A DNA stretch of 64,000 nt from Betaproteobacteria bacterium. GTDB taxonomy: Bacteria; Pseudomonadota; Gammaproteobacteria; Burkholderiales; Usitatibacteraceae. This document shows, in pieces, positions 1 to 8,905 of this stretch. The stretch is from contig JAEUMY010000001.1 of NCBI GenBank assembly GCA_016791265.1, positions 32,882-96,881 of the forward strand, in the 5' to 3' direction. Both the position numbers and the translations under genes were made by a program. Numbering within the stretch: position 1 is the stretch's first letter; each line of letters starts with the position of its first letter. The notes beneath the pieces were generated by a model, which saw only the letters and a list, made by a program, of their open reading frames with translations, did not search any database and was not told the DNA's origin.

Positions 1-818
1 CGAATCCAGTTGACGTTGCCGCGCAAGGTGTTGATCTCGCCATTGTGCGCAATCATCCGGAACGGGTGGGCCAAGTCCCAGGTCGGGAACGTGTTGGTGG
101 AGAAGCGCTGGTGCACGAGCGCCAGCGCGGTGGTCATGGTGGGGTCCAGCAGGTCGACGAAATATTCGCCCACCTGGTCCGCGAGCAACATGCCCTTGTA
201 GACGATGGTGCGCGTCGACATCGATGGCACGTAGAACTCCTTGCCATGGCGCAGGTTCAGCGCTTGGATGGCGTGGCCGGAACTCTTCCGGATGATGTAG
301 AGCTTGCGCTCCAGATCGTCCTGCGACATGTTGTTGCGCCCGCGGCCGATGAACACTTGGCGGACGATTGGCTCCACCGCGACGGCGGCTCGGGACAGCC
401 CCGCGTTTTGGGTCGGCACATCCCGCCAGCCCAAGAGGACCTGACCTTCGGCCTGGATGGCCCGTTCGATTTCCTGCTCGCACGCCATGCGCGAAGCGGC
501 TTCGCGCGGGAGGAACACCATGCCTACGCCGTACTGGCCAACGGCTGGCAAGGTCATTTTCTGCAGGCCGCACACGCGCCGCAGGTGTGCGTCCGGCAAC
601 TGAATGAGGATGCCGGCACCGTCACCCAGCAGGGGGTCATAGCCCGTTGCACCGCGGTGGGAGAGATTGTCCAGAATCTTCAGGCCCTGCTCGATGATCC
701 CGTGCGATTTCCCGCCCTTGATGTGGGCGATGAAGCCGACGCCACAGGCGTCATGTTCGTTTTGGGGGTCGTAAAGACCCTGTGGGCCGGGTGCTTGGCC
801 GTTGCGGGATTCCTGCAT
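1..818 (-). CDS. gltB: glutamate synthase large subunit, N-terminal glutamine amidotransferase part (partial, continues past window start)
   Basis: My own minus-strand translation from the ATG at 816-818 gives MQESRNGQAPGPQGLYDPQNEHDACGVGFIAHIKGGKSHGIIEQGLKILDNLSHRGATG.... This is the Ntn-amidotransferase CGVGF N-terminus typical of GltB. GAGGA lies 6 nt upstream. The ORF has no stop in the window, so it is missing from the ORF track. Confidence 0.85.
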   Translation of the reverse strand, partial: MQESRNGQAPGPQGLYDPQNEHDACGVGFIAHIKGGKSHGIIEQGLKILDNLSHRGATGYDPLLGDGAGILIQLPDAHLRRVCGLQKMTLPAVGQYGVGMVFLPREAASRMACEQEIERAIQAEGQVLLGWRDVPTQNAGLSRAAVAVEPIVRQVFIGRGRNNMSQDDLERKLYIIRKSSGHAIQALNLRHGKEFYVPSMSTRTIVYKGMLLADQVGEYFVDLLDPTMTTALALVHQRFSTNTFPTWDLAHPFRMIAHNGEINTLRGNVNWI

Positions 819-840
819 GGTGAGTCCTCAAAAAGTCGGG

Positions 841-859
841 TAGACAGCGTCGCTGTCTA
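841..859. promoter_or_regulatory. 19-bp palindrome TAGACAGCG-T-CGCTGTCTA in the gltB leader / divergent promoter region
   Basis: Perfect 9-bp arms, 23 nt upstream of the gltB ATG. A second palindrome, GACAG-C-CTGTC, sits at 866-876 and another GACAG at 890-894. Confidence 0.4.
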
Positions 860-1157
860 GTTTCTGACAGCCTGTCCGCCAGTGGCAAGGACAGACTTTG
901 CTGGCAAGGCTGGTGGCCTTGTGGGGGCGGACACACCGTCGATCTGCACGGCGGGACGGCCTGGGAGCTGCGGGGATGGAAGGATGATAACGACAGGCGT
1001 GTTGCGCCGCAACATGGAGGCGGACAACAGCGGCTGACGCGATGCAGGCGGTGGGGTGACTTTGATCCTGCGGCAGCGCTCGGCTCGCGTTGTACACTTC
1101 CGCTTGGCGCCATCGCGGCATCGCGACGCGCATTCGCCCCTACCCTCGAGGACGCAC

Positions 1158-2486
1158 ATGTCTGGAAAACAACTGGCCCAGCTCTTCCTGCCCATTCTTC
1201 TGGTCGCTGCATCGTTGCAAGGCTGTGGGTCTGGAGCGGTCTCGTCGCCGCCTAGCACCAACACCGGCGAGTTGCTGATCTTGCCGGCACAGGCGGATGT
1301 GTTTCCCAATACGCCCACCACCTTCACGATCAGCGGAGGCAGGCCCGGTTATGCGGTGTTTTCCTCGAATAACACCGTGATCCCTGTGACCCAGACTGTG
1401 GAAGGTGGTCAATTCACCATCATTGCGAGCGAAGTCGCGCAGGATACGAACGTCACCATCACAGTGCGCGATCAGAACAATGCAACCAAAGCGGCGACCG
1501 CTCTGGTCAAGGTTTCCACCCTCTCTAGTGCGGTAACTTTTACGCCTGTCGCACCGTCGGCCACAACCAACTGCGGGACGGGTGCGGTCATGTGCGGGGG
1601 GAGTGATGCATTGTTGCAGGTTCGATCGGTACAGAATGGTGTTCCACTTGCGAATCGCGCCCTCCGATTCGAAGTGGTCAACGGTCAGTTTGCCTTTGTG
1701 ACTTCTACAACCAGCGCCACCGCCACCACCCACACCGTTACGACCGACCAAAGCGGCACGGCCAACGTAACCCTTCGCGCGGGGGCAGGCGTGACCTCGC
1801 AGGCCGCAGTGCTGCGGTATACCGATGTCCCGACGGGTCAAGCGAAGACCTTTCCCTTCGCCATCACCCAATTCATCAACGGGGTGTCCACGCTCACGAT
1901 CATTCCATCCACAGCGAGTTGGATCGGCACAAACACTTCGAATTGCGCGGCAAACGTTTCGACGACGCATTACATTTTTGGCGGTACGCCGCCGTACACG
2001 GTTTCCAACACGTCGCCCTTGTTTGCGCAGGTGAGTCCATCGACAGTACTCGCCAGCGGAGGGGGCGTAAACGTCACGGTCACGGGTTCGGTGTGCAGCG
2101 CAGGCACGGGCGGTACACCATTCGTGGTGACGGATGCGGCGGGACTCACGACATCGTTCACGGTATCCAACACAGTCGGTACTGCGGCGCCACCTGGGCC
2201 ACCTGTTTCCGCTCCTGTTCTGGTGCCATCCAGTGTGACCTTGGCATGTGGTGAAAGCACTCAGGTTGCGGTCATTTTCACTGGCACGCTGGCAACAGCT
2301 GTCAGCCATCCTGCGCAAGTCACGGTGGCCAATGCGGGGGGCATTTTGACCGTGACCCGTGTGGATCCTGGGACTGTTGGGGGGGGGACGTCCGGCACCC
2401 AAGCTGTCGCGACGATCACGGTTTCGGATGGCACTCGAGTATCGACGGGCACCATCAATTACTCACCAACTGGTGTGTGCAACTAG
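1158..2486 (+). CDS. lipoprotein with Ig-like repeats (paralog A)
   Basis: I trimmed ORF 1056..2486 to the ATG at 1158. The N-terminus is MSGKQLAQLFLPILLVAASLQGC, a signal peptide plus lipobox. It carries two GG-x-x-P/G-Y modules and a central Big_1-like segment (TTDQSGTANVTLRAG). It is co-linear with the next gene. Confidence 0.7.
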   Translation: MSGKQLAQLFLPILLVAASLQGCGSGAVSSPPSTNTGELLILPAQADVFPNTPTTFTISGGRPGYAVFSSNNTVIPVTQTVEGGQFTIIASEVAQDTNVTITVRDQNNATKAATALVKVSTLSSAVTFTPVAPSATTNCGTGAVMCGGSDALLQVRSVQNGVPLANRALRFEVVNGQFAFVTSTTSATATTHTVTTDQSGTANVTLRAGAGVTSQAAVLRYTDVPTGQAKTFPFAITQFINGVSTLTIIPSTASWIGTNTSNCAANVSTTHYIFGGTPPYTVSNTSPLFAQVSPSTVLASGGGVNVTVTGSVCSAGTGGTPFVVTDAAGLTTSFTVSNTVGTAAPPGPPVSAPVLVPSSVTLACGESTQVAVIFTGTLATAVSHPAQVTVANAGGILTVTRVDPGTVGGGTSGTQAVATITVSDGTRVSTGTINYSPTGVCN

Positions 2487-2694
2487 CCAGAGAGAGGTGC
2501 TGGCCAGCGCAGAACCCAATTCGCGCCTCTCTGGACCCGCTGTCAAAGTCGCGCTTAATCCAATTTAATCAATGAGATATGGCTTCCCTGGGTGTTTGGG
2601 ACAGACCAAGCGAGCCCGGAACCTGTCGTCCATTCACGACCATAAAGTACTTGCATCAATCTGCAAGTTGCGCTTTAATAAAACTCGGTAACCC

Positions 2695-2700
2695 TATAAT
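2695..2700 (+). promoter_or_regulatory. candidate -10 box TATAAT upstream of lipoprotein paralog B
   Basis: Perfect TATAAT in the AT-rich 273-bp spacer, 60 nt before the GTG at 2760. The inverted repeat ACTTGCA-N6-TGCAAGT at 2649-2668 lies just upstream. There is no convincing -35. Confidence 0.25.
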
Positions 2701-2759
2701 TTTCGGCAACTATCTGGATTTCCACTAGACGGTTTCCGGCAAAGCGAAAGGAAACGACC

Positions 2760-4097
2760 GTGCTCAACGACTTCTTGCGTCGGTCCAACAAGACTCTGGT
2801 GGCGATCATGCTTGGCGCCTCGGCCCTCATCCTCCAGGCCTGCGGCGGCGGCGGGACATCCAGCGACACCGGGCTGAGGACTGGTGAGCTTGCGATTCTG
2901 CCGGCAACCTCGACCGTGTTCGCGGGCAATCCATTCACCTTCACGATCGCGGGTGGCACGGCCCCGTATCACTTGCAGAGTAGCGAGCCTGCGCTGCTGC
3001 CGCTCAATCTGACAACCAGTTCCAATACGTATACGGTTGTGCCGGGAAATCCTGCGGTCATCGACGCGGGCTTGCCCCCAGAAGCCTACCCAATTCGCAC
3101 GGTGAACGTTACCGTGCGTGACAATGGCGGACGGACGGCGCAGGCTAGCGTCGCCGTGGGTCAAAATTTCCTGCTCGGGTTCGATGTCACGATCTCGTCC
3201 ATTTCCGCATGTGGGCAAACGGGCGGCACTGGCGCAGCTGTTTCGGTATCAGCCTGCGCAGGCTTTGAGTCGCGCATCGACATCAGACCCTTCTCCGGAG
3301 GTCTCTTCCGCCCGAACCGTCGCGTTCGCTTCTCCGTCTTGTTTGGGCCACTTGCATACATTCAGGACGATAACGTTACGCTCGCGTCTACCTATACCAC
3401 TGTGACTGACTCGTTCGGCAGAACCTTTGCTCGATTTGTGCCGGCTTCAAATGCCCTGACGCAGTTTGTCGGCATCCGCCTGACGGACGTGGACTCGGGC
3501 TCATATCGGGACGTCGTGATCACGTTGCTGAGTGCGCCCACCGGCCCATTGACAGCGACACCTGCCACGCTGCCGGTTATTGCCGGGGGGACCACCTCAC
3601 AGTGCGGGCAGGGCCAGGCCAATGTGCTCATCACCGGCGGCGTACCACCTTACCGCGCGGTCACGACGGCGCCGCTCAGCGTACTCATCTCGCCATCCGA
3701 TATCCCGGCTAGCGGTGGCGTGCTCAATGTGTTCTATGGGGGTGGCCTGCCGCCAAATTGCGGAAGCGGTTCAATCGTCATCACCGATGCGGTTGGAGCA
3801 TCCGTGACTGTGACGGCCTCTTCGGCGCCTGGCACGGTAGCACCGACTCAGCCGCTCACCGTCTCGCCGACAAGCTTCTGCTTCACGGCCGCGGGTCAGA
3901 CCGGGACCGCGATTGCGCTGGGGGGCAATGCGACCAAGGTGGTCAACTCGGCCAATACTGCGATCGCGACCGCAGCGCTGGCGACGAATACAGTCACCAT
4001 CACAGCGGGGGCTGCGTTGGGCACTACCACTGTCAACGTGAACGATGGCGCCTCGTCGGTGAGTATCAACGTCACGCGTGCAGCGGTCTGCCCCTAA
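2760..4097 (+). CDS. lipoprotein with Ig-like repeats (paralog B)
   Basis: GTG start. LVAIMLGASALILQAC forms a signal peptide plus lipobox. The architecture matches paralog A: TGEL-ILPA...F-F-TI-GG-x-PY, then ITGGVPPY, then C-terminal Ig-like segments. Confidence 0.7.
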   Translation: MLNDFLRRSNKTLVAIMLGASALILQACGGGGTSSDTGLRTGELAILPATSTVFAGNPFTFTIAGGTAPYHLQSSEPALLPLNLTTSSNTYTVVPGNPAVIDAGLPPEAYPIRTVNVTVRDNGGRTAQASVAVGQNFLLGFDVTISSISACGQTGGTGAAVSVSACAGFESRIDIRPFSGGLFRPNRRVRFSVLFGPLAYIQDDNVTLASTYTTVTDSFGRTFARFVPASNALTQFVGIRLTDVDSGSYRDVVITLLSAPTGPLTATPATLPVIAGGTTSQCGQGQANVLITGGVPPYRAVTTAPLSVLISPSDIPASGGVLNVFYGGGLPPNCGSGSIVITDAVGASVTVTASSAPGTVAPTQPLTVSPTSFCFTAAGQTGTAIALGGNATKVVNSANTAIATAALATNTVTITAGAALGTTTVNVNDGASSVSINVTRAAVCP

Positions 4098-4123
4098 GAG
4101 CAGAAGCCGCTTGCGGTTCTCTC

Positions 4124-4158
4124 GCGGGCACCTTCGGGTGCCCGCTTTCGTTTTCTTG
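4124..4158 (+). terminator. Rho-independent terminator after lipoprotein B
   Basis: Stem GCGGGCACC, loop TTCG, stem GGTGCCCGC, followed by TTTCGTTTTCTTG. Confidence 0.8.
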
Positions 4159-4211
4159 TCGCCGGGCGTGGATCCAAACCGATGTCGCGCTGGACATCGA
4201 CAGATCGATAA

Positions 4212-5186
4212 ATGAATCTGAGTCTCTCTGCTTGGATTTGGGCGCTCGCAGCAGCGCTGCTCTCGGCAGTGCTGACCATCCTGGCGGCGGCCGTGTCGCG
4301 TCATACCGGCCTCCTGCTGGATCGTCCCAATGCCCGTTCACTACACCGCAGCCCGACCCCGCGTGCAGGAGGAATCGCCGTTTGCCTTACGGTCGCCTTG
4401 ACGGTGTCCGCATCCGGCCAGGGCATTTCCGGCGCAGTCCCGCTGACGGCTCTTGCGGTTGCGCTGATCTCCCTGTTGGATGACTGGCGAGCGCAGCCGG
4501 TGGCGCTGCGATTGGCAGTCCATGGCTTGGCGGCCATTGCGGCCGTGGCAAGTCTGTTCCCGGGGGCGTGGACAGCCTTGTTGGTTGCGCTGGTTGTTGT
4601 GTCGTCTGCAAATCTCTTCAACTTCATGGACGGCGCCGACGGTCTGGCAGCAACAATGGCTCTGATTGGATTCTCGACCCTGGGCTGGGCCGCGCTGGGT
4701 GCGAGTCATCAGATTGGACCGATCGCGTTGATCATCGCCGGCGCCGCCGGCGGGGTTCTGTTGTTCAACCTTCCGCCCGCCCGAGTTTTCCTGGGGGACG
4801 CTGGATCGATTCCGCTGGGATTCAGCGCGGCGCTGCTCTCAATTTGGGGGGTGCGAGACAGTCTGTGGCCGGCCTGGTTTCCCGTGCTTGTGTTCCTGCC
4901 CTTCCTGCTGGACGCGGGCGCCACGCTGCTTGTCCGAGTGTGGCGCCGGGAATGGTTCTGGCAGGCGCATCGCGAGCATCTGTATCAACGGTTAGTTCTC
5001 CGAGGCTGGACGCATACGAAACTACTGCTGGTCGTCACGCCCATCATGCTCATGACCTGTGTCCTGGCGTTGCTGCTTCTCCGCGTGCCCGTTGGCCTGC
5101 AATTTCCAGCTTTCCTCGGTGCCTGTCTCAGTTTGGCGACGACTTACGGAGTTGTGAATATTCGGCTTGCACGGCAGCCTGATTGA
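4212..5186 (+). CDS. glycosyltransferase family 4, undecaprenyl-phosphate HexNAc-1-phosphate transferase (WecA/WbpL/MraY family)
   Basis: Polytopic membrane protein with the family motifs LLDDW, NLFNFMDGADGL and VFLGDAGSIPLGF. Confidence 0.85.
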   Translation: MNLSLSAWIWALAAALLSAVLTILAAAVSRHTGLLLDRPNARSLHRSPTPRAGGIAVCLTVALTVSASGQGISGAVPLTALAVALISLLDDWRAQPVALRLAVHGLAAIAAVASLFPGAWTALLVALVVVSSANLFNFMDGADGLAATMALIGFSTLGWAALGASHQIGPIALIIAGAAGGVLLFNLPPARVFLGDAGSIPLGFSAALLSIWGVRDSLWPAWFPVLVFLPFLLDAGATLLVRVWRREWFWQAHREHLYQRLVLRGWTHTKLLLVVTPIMLMTCVLALLLLRVPVGLQFPAFLGACLSLATTYGVVNIRLARQPD

Positions 5187-5288
5187 GCCAATAATTCACT
5201 AGTAGTTGGTGTACTAAAAAAACAATTCGCCACGACATGTCGCGTGGCCCCGCGCGCAGGACCTGAACCTCGATTCTTGGAGCCTGCG

Positions 5289-6878
5289 ATGAAACTGAAT
5301 GTGGACATCTCGGCGGCTCGTCAAGCCGCCATCCTGGTGGTACTGGCTGCTACGGGTATCGCTGCCTACTTCGCTAACGCTATTTCGCTGGCAGGCCTTG
5401 GCGGGGTGGCGGCCGTCGTTGTCGCGCTCAGTTTGATGATTCGCGCAAAAGAGGACCTCGCTCCACGCAGAGGCTCTGCGGCAGACGGCGACAAGCCGAC
5501 GCCGATCCTTTGGGTGTCAAGTGCGGGTGAACTCGATCACTTGGATGGCGGGCGTCCATGCGGCGAGCAGTGGCGAGTGGTGGCTGCTTGCGGCATGGAT
5601 CAGTTCGCCAAAACGGTGCGCAGGAGCGGCGTGCGTCATGCCTGTGTGCCCTGTGACGATATGGGCAACGAGCATCGTCGCCGCCTGCTTGAACAGGCGG
5701 CTGAACTGGGTGTGACTTTGTGGCTGCCGGACGGGCGCGCAACTGAAGCGGACGGCGCCGTCCGGCTGCGAAGGTGGCGCATCGATGATGTCCTTATTTC
5801 CGATTCCGCCGACCCATCGGAGCTTTCAGTGCGGGAGCTTCTTGCTGGCAAAGTCGTTCTGGTGACTGGCGCTGGCGGCTCAATAGGGGGTGAGCTTTGC
5901 CGTCAAATCGCTTGCCATCAACCGAGCCTTCTAATTCTCTTTGAGCAAAGTGAGTTTGCCCTCTACAGCATCGAGCAGCAGATCGGAGATCAATTTCCGG
6001 AGCTGCCTACCATCGCGGTAATCGGAGACGTCAAGAGCGAGACGCGAGTCAATGACCTCATGCAGCGTTACAAGCCGGCCGTGGTCTTTCATGCGGCTGC
6101 TTACAAGCACGTGCCGCTCATGGAGGACTTGAATGCGTGGGAGGCTTTGCGCAACAACGTGTTTGGCACTTTCATCCTCGCACGCGCTGCGATCGATCAC
6201 TCGGTAGGAAAATTTGTACTCGTCTCCACCGACAAGGCGGTCAATCCGACCAATGTCATGGGCGCTTCCAAGCGACTTGCAGAGATGGTTTGCCAAGCAT
6301 TGCAGCAGACGACCCCGCTACCCAAGTTTGAAATGGTCCGCTTCGGAAATGTCCTGGGCAGCGCTGGAAGTGTCATTCCGAGGTTTGAAGACCAGATTTC
6401 CCGAGGGGGGCCTGTCACCGTGACTCACCCCGACATGGTTCGCTATTTCATGTCCGTTTCGGAAGCGGCGCGGCTGGTTCTACAGGCGGGCAGCATGGGA
6501 CTGGGCGGAGAGATTTTTGTGATGGACATGGGCAGGCCGGTAAGGATTTTAGATGTTGCCCAAGACATGATCAGGCTGTCCGGAAATGACCCCAAGTCGA
6601 TTCCAATAGCATTCAGCGGGCTCAGGCCTGGAGAGAAGCTCTTTGAAGAGCTTCTGCTTGAAGGTGAGGAAACCCGGGCAACACCCCACTCTCGCTTGCG
6701 AGTCGCCAAGGCTCGGGAAGTGCCGCCGCTGTGGCTTCCAGGACTGCTTGACTGGATCAAAGCCGAAGCAGGTCCGGATGAACAAGTACTGCGAAGAGAT
6801 CTAAAGAAGTGGGTCCCGGAATATGCAACGCCATTTCGGCCCCAACTCCGCGCGATCGGTGGAAGAATCCATAGTTGA
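5289..6878 (+). CDS. polysaccharide biosynthesis protein, CapD/WbpM/PglF-type NDP-sugar 4,6-dehydratase
   Basis: N-terminal TM segment, then the Rossmann motif VLVTGAGGSIGGEL, then FHAAAYKHVPLME and STDKAVNPTNVMGASKR. The start is either the ATG at 5289 or the GTG at 5244. Confidence 0.85.
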   Translation: MKLNVDISAARQAAILVVLAATGIAAYFANAISLAGLGGVAAVVVALSLMIRAKEDLAPRRGSAADGDKPTPILWVSSAGELDHLDGGRPCGEQWRVVAACGMDQFAKTVRRSGVRHACVPCDDMGNEHRRRLLEQAAELGVTLWLPDGRATEADGAVRLRRWRIDDVLISDSADPSELSVRELLAGKVVLVTGAGGSIGGELCRQIACHQPSLLILFEQSEFALYSIEQQIGDQFPELPTIAVIGDVKSETRVNDLMQRYKPAVVFHAAAYKHVPLMEDLNAWEALRNNVFGTFILARAAIDHSVGKFVLVSTDKAVNPTNVMGASKRLAEMVCQALQQTTPLPKFEMVRFGNVLGSAGSVIPRFEDQISRGGPVTVTHPDMVRYFMSVSEAARLVLQAGSMGLGGEIFVMDMGRPVRILDVAQDMIRLSGNDPKSIPIAFSGLRPGEKLFEELLLEGEETRATPHSRLRVAKAREVPPLWLPGLLDWIKAEAGPDEQVLRRDLKKWVPEYATPFRPQLRAIGGRIHS

Positions 6879-7182
6879 TGAACCGTGCTTGCCTTTCTCG
6901 TGGGCGGGCAGCGTCCCGCAGGGCTAAATCTTTCGTCGGGTGAGGCTGAGTATTCAGATGGGCACCAAGGCCGCCGCGATTCTGCTCGAAGAGCAGGGCG
7001 CGGAGATGGAAATGCAGCTACGATCAGCTTGCAGAGCTGATGGAGTTGGCCGACAGTTCTTCAGTCAAGCCCATCTTCGCAGCGGCATGATCGCGTCGTG
7101 CTACCTCTACGCGAAAACCCTCAGACCGCGGACATGTTTCCAGACTGGAATGACGGCGAGCGGTTGGCTCACTGAAAGCAGC

Positions 7183-7204
7183 AAAAATGCCACCTCTCGG
7201 TGGC
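7183..7204 (-). terminator. Rho-independent terminator of tRNA-Arg
   Basis: On the minus strand, GCCACC-GAGA-GGTGGC is followed by ATTTTTGC, starting 8 nt after the tRNA 3' end. Confidence 0.7.
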
Positions 7205-7211
7205 AATTCGG

Positions 7212-7288
7212 TGGCGCGCCCAGCAGGAGTCGAACCTGCGACCTTTGGCTTCGGAAACCAACACTCTATCCAACTGAGCTATGGGCGC
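7212..7288 (-). tRNA. tRNA-Arg (anticodon CCG)
   Basis: The reverse complement folds as a cloverleaf: GCGCCCA TA GCTC AGTTGGATA GAGT G TTGGT TTCCGAA GCCAA AGGTC GCAGG TTCGACT CCTGC TGGGCGC G CCA. The anticodon loop TT-CCG-AA and an encoded CCA are present. Confidence 0.9.
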
Positions 7289-7412
7289 ATCTGCAAACTT
7301 CTCAAGGGCGAGGAGTGTAGCGCGTTTCACCTGCGTCGGTCCATTCGCGGTGGGGCATTCGACGTGCTTGCCGCGCTTCGCCATTCGAGCAATGCCCAGC
7401 CGAGGCTGACGG

Positions 7413-7418
7413 TATAAT
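7413..7418 (+). promoter_or_regulatory. candidate -10 box (TATAATCCGCGC) upstream of cytochrome c gene
   Basis: Perfect TATAAT 36 nt before the ATG at 7454. The same 12-mer, TATAATCCGCGC, recurs at 47801 upstream of the RNB gene. The -35 is weak. Confidence 0.3.
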
Positions 7419-7453
7419 CCGCGCAGTCAATTCGGGAATCAAAAGGGAACAAC

Positions 7454-7984
7454 ATGTCACACGCAGAATCGCCCGGCGGCAAGTCCAATCCCGTCGGCAT
7501 GGCGATCGCCATCGCCGTGGGCACGCTCATGCTGGTCGTTGGCATCATCCTGCTCGCAAAGTACGCCGTGGGCACCCATTCTGTCGGCAAGGACACCAAG
7601 GCCGCGACGCCCGAGGCCGTTACCGAGCGCATCGCGCCGGTGGCAAAATTGGCGGTCGAAGGCGGACCGGCCGTGGCCGCATCGGTCTCCGCGCCACCCG
7701 CGCCAGCCGTGGCTTCGGTGGTGAGTACAGCCCCTGCTGGAAAAGTCGACGGCAAGTCCACCTATGACACCGCCTGCCTGGCCTGTCATGCGGCTGGCGT
7801 TGCCGGGGCGCCCAAAGTCGGCGACAAGCTCGCCTGGGGTGCTCGCATCAAGGCGGGCAACGCGGCGCTTTACGCGGCGGCGATCAAGGGCAAGGGGGCC
7901 ATGCCCGCAAAGGGCGGCAACACCACGTTGTCCGACGAAGCCGTGAAGGCTGCCGTCGACTACATGCTGGCGCAATCCAAGTAG
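7454..7984 (+). CDS. membrane-anchored c-type cytochrome (cytochrome c5 family)
   Basis: N-terminal TM helix, an Ala/Pro linker, the haem motif CLACH, and the C-terminal sequence AMPAKGG...AAVDYM. Confidence 0.85.
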   Translation: MSHAESPGGKSNPVGMAIAIAVGTLMLVVGIILLAKYAVGTHSVGKDTKAATPEAVTERIAPVAKLAVEGGPAVAASVSAPPAPAVASVVSTAPAGKVDGKSTYDTACLACHAAGVAGAPKVGDKLAWGARIKAGNAALYAAAIKGKGAMPAKGGNTTLSDEAVKAAVDYMLAQSK

Positions 7985-8011
7985 CCCGAAGCTGCAATGC
8001 ACGGCATTCCG

Positions 8012-8040
8012 AAGGGCGGTCTAGGCCGCCCTTTCCATTT
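8012..8040 (+). terminator. Rho-independent terminator after cytochrome c gene
   Basis: Stem AAGGGCGG, loop TCTAGG, stem CCGCCCTT, followed by TCCATTT. Confidence 0.65.
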
Positions 8041-8069
8041 CTGCCGCGTTCCTGTGTTGAATCGCGGCC

Positions 8070-8894
8070 ATGGCTGACTACGCCATCGGTGACTTGCAGG
8101 GCAGCCTGTCGGCGCTGGATCGATTGTTGGCGCGCATCGCGTTCCGCCCCGGGTGCGACCGAATCTGGCTCACCGGTGATCTCGTCAATCGCGGACCAGA
8201 CTCCCTAGGGTGCCTGATGCGTGTCAAGGGGCTCGGCGATTCGGCGCGTGTGGTGCTGGGTAATCACGACCTGCACTTCCTTTGTGTCGAAGCCGGAACG
8301 ACCTCGGCGCGCAAGGGCGACACGTTGGACGCCATTCTCGAAGCGCCTGCGCGTCGCGAGCTCGCGAATTGGCTGCGCGGCCTGCCGCTCGTGATCCGCG
8401 AAGACGATTGGCTCATGGTCCATGCCGGGCTCGCGCCGCAATGGGATGCAGCGGACGCGGTCCGACTTGCGGCTGAGGTCAGCGCGCGGCTGCTCGCGCC
8501 GGATTACGCCGACTTCCTCGCCAACCTCTACGGCGATCAACCAGACCGATGGGACCCGGAGCTGGCTGGCATGGATCGTTTGCGCTTCATTGTCAATGCG
8601 ATGACCCGAATGCGCATCTGCGACGCGGACGGCAGAGTGTTGCTGCGCTTCAAAGGCGAGCCTACGAGTGCGCCGGCAGGCACGCTACCCTGGTTCGACG
8701 TGCCGGCGCGCCGTACCACAGCGTCGCGCATCATCTGCGGCCACTGGTCGGCGTTGGGGCTCAGGTTGCGAGATGACCTCATCGCCGTGGACACCGGCTG
8801 CCTCTGGGGGCGAGCGTTGACGGCGGTGCGGTTGCACGATCGGACTGTGTTCCAGGTTCCCGGCGAGGCCGTCCCTGGCGACGGATCAGACTGA
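8070..8894 (+). CDS. apaH: bis(5'-nucleosyl)-tetraphosphatase, symmetrical
   Basis: MADYAIGDLQG...GDLVNRGPDS...GNHDLHFL metallophosphatase motifs in the ApaH arrangement. Confidence 0.9.
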   Translation: MADYAIGDLQGSLSALDRLLARIAFRPGCDRIWLTGDLVNRGPDSLGCLMRVKGLGDSARVVLGNHDLHFLCVEAGTTSARKGDTLDAILEAPARRELANWLRGLPLVIREDDWLMVHAGLAPQWDAADAVRLAAEVSARLLAPDYADFLANLYGDQPDRWDPELAGMDRLRFIVNAMTRMRICDADGRVLLRFKGEPTSAPAGTLPWFDVPARRTTASRIICGHWSALGLRLRDDLIAVDTGCLWGRALTAVRLHDRTVFQVPGEAVPGDGSD

Positions 8895-8905
8895 GGCGCA
8901 AACAA

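Noticed and set aside
45-860. 271-aa plus-strand ORF at the window start
   Set aside because: It is an antisense shadow, in codon register, of the gltB N-terminus. The minus-strand translation gives the unmistakable CGVGF amidotransferase start.
6879-7288. Prophage or integrative element at tRNA-Arg
   Set aside because: I found no integrase, no phage genes, and no direct repeat of the tRNA 3' end anywhere in the window. Only the weaker idea of an old acquired polysaccharide/lipoprotein block is retained, as a finding.
6940-7320. 126-aa ORF in the spacer after the dehydratase gene
   Set aside because: It runs through the tRNA-Arg gene and its terminator, has poor codon bias and lies in an AT-richer spacer. 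It is probably non-coding.
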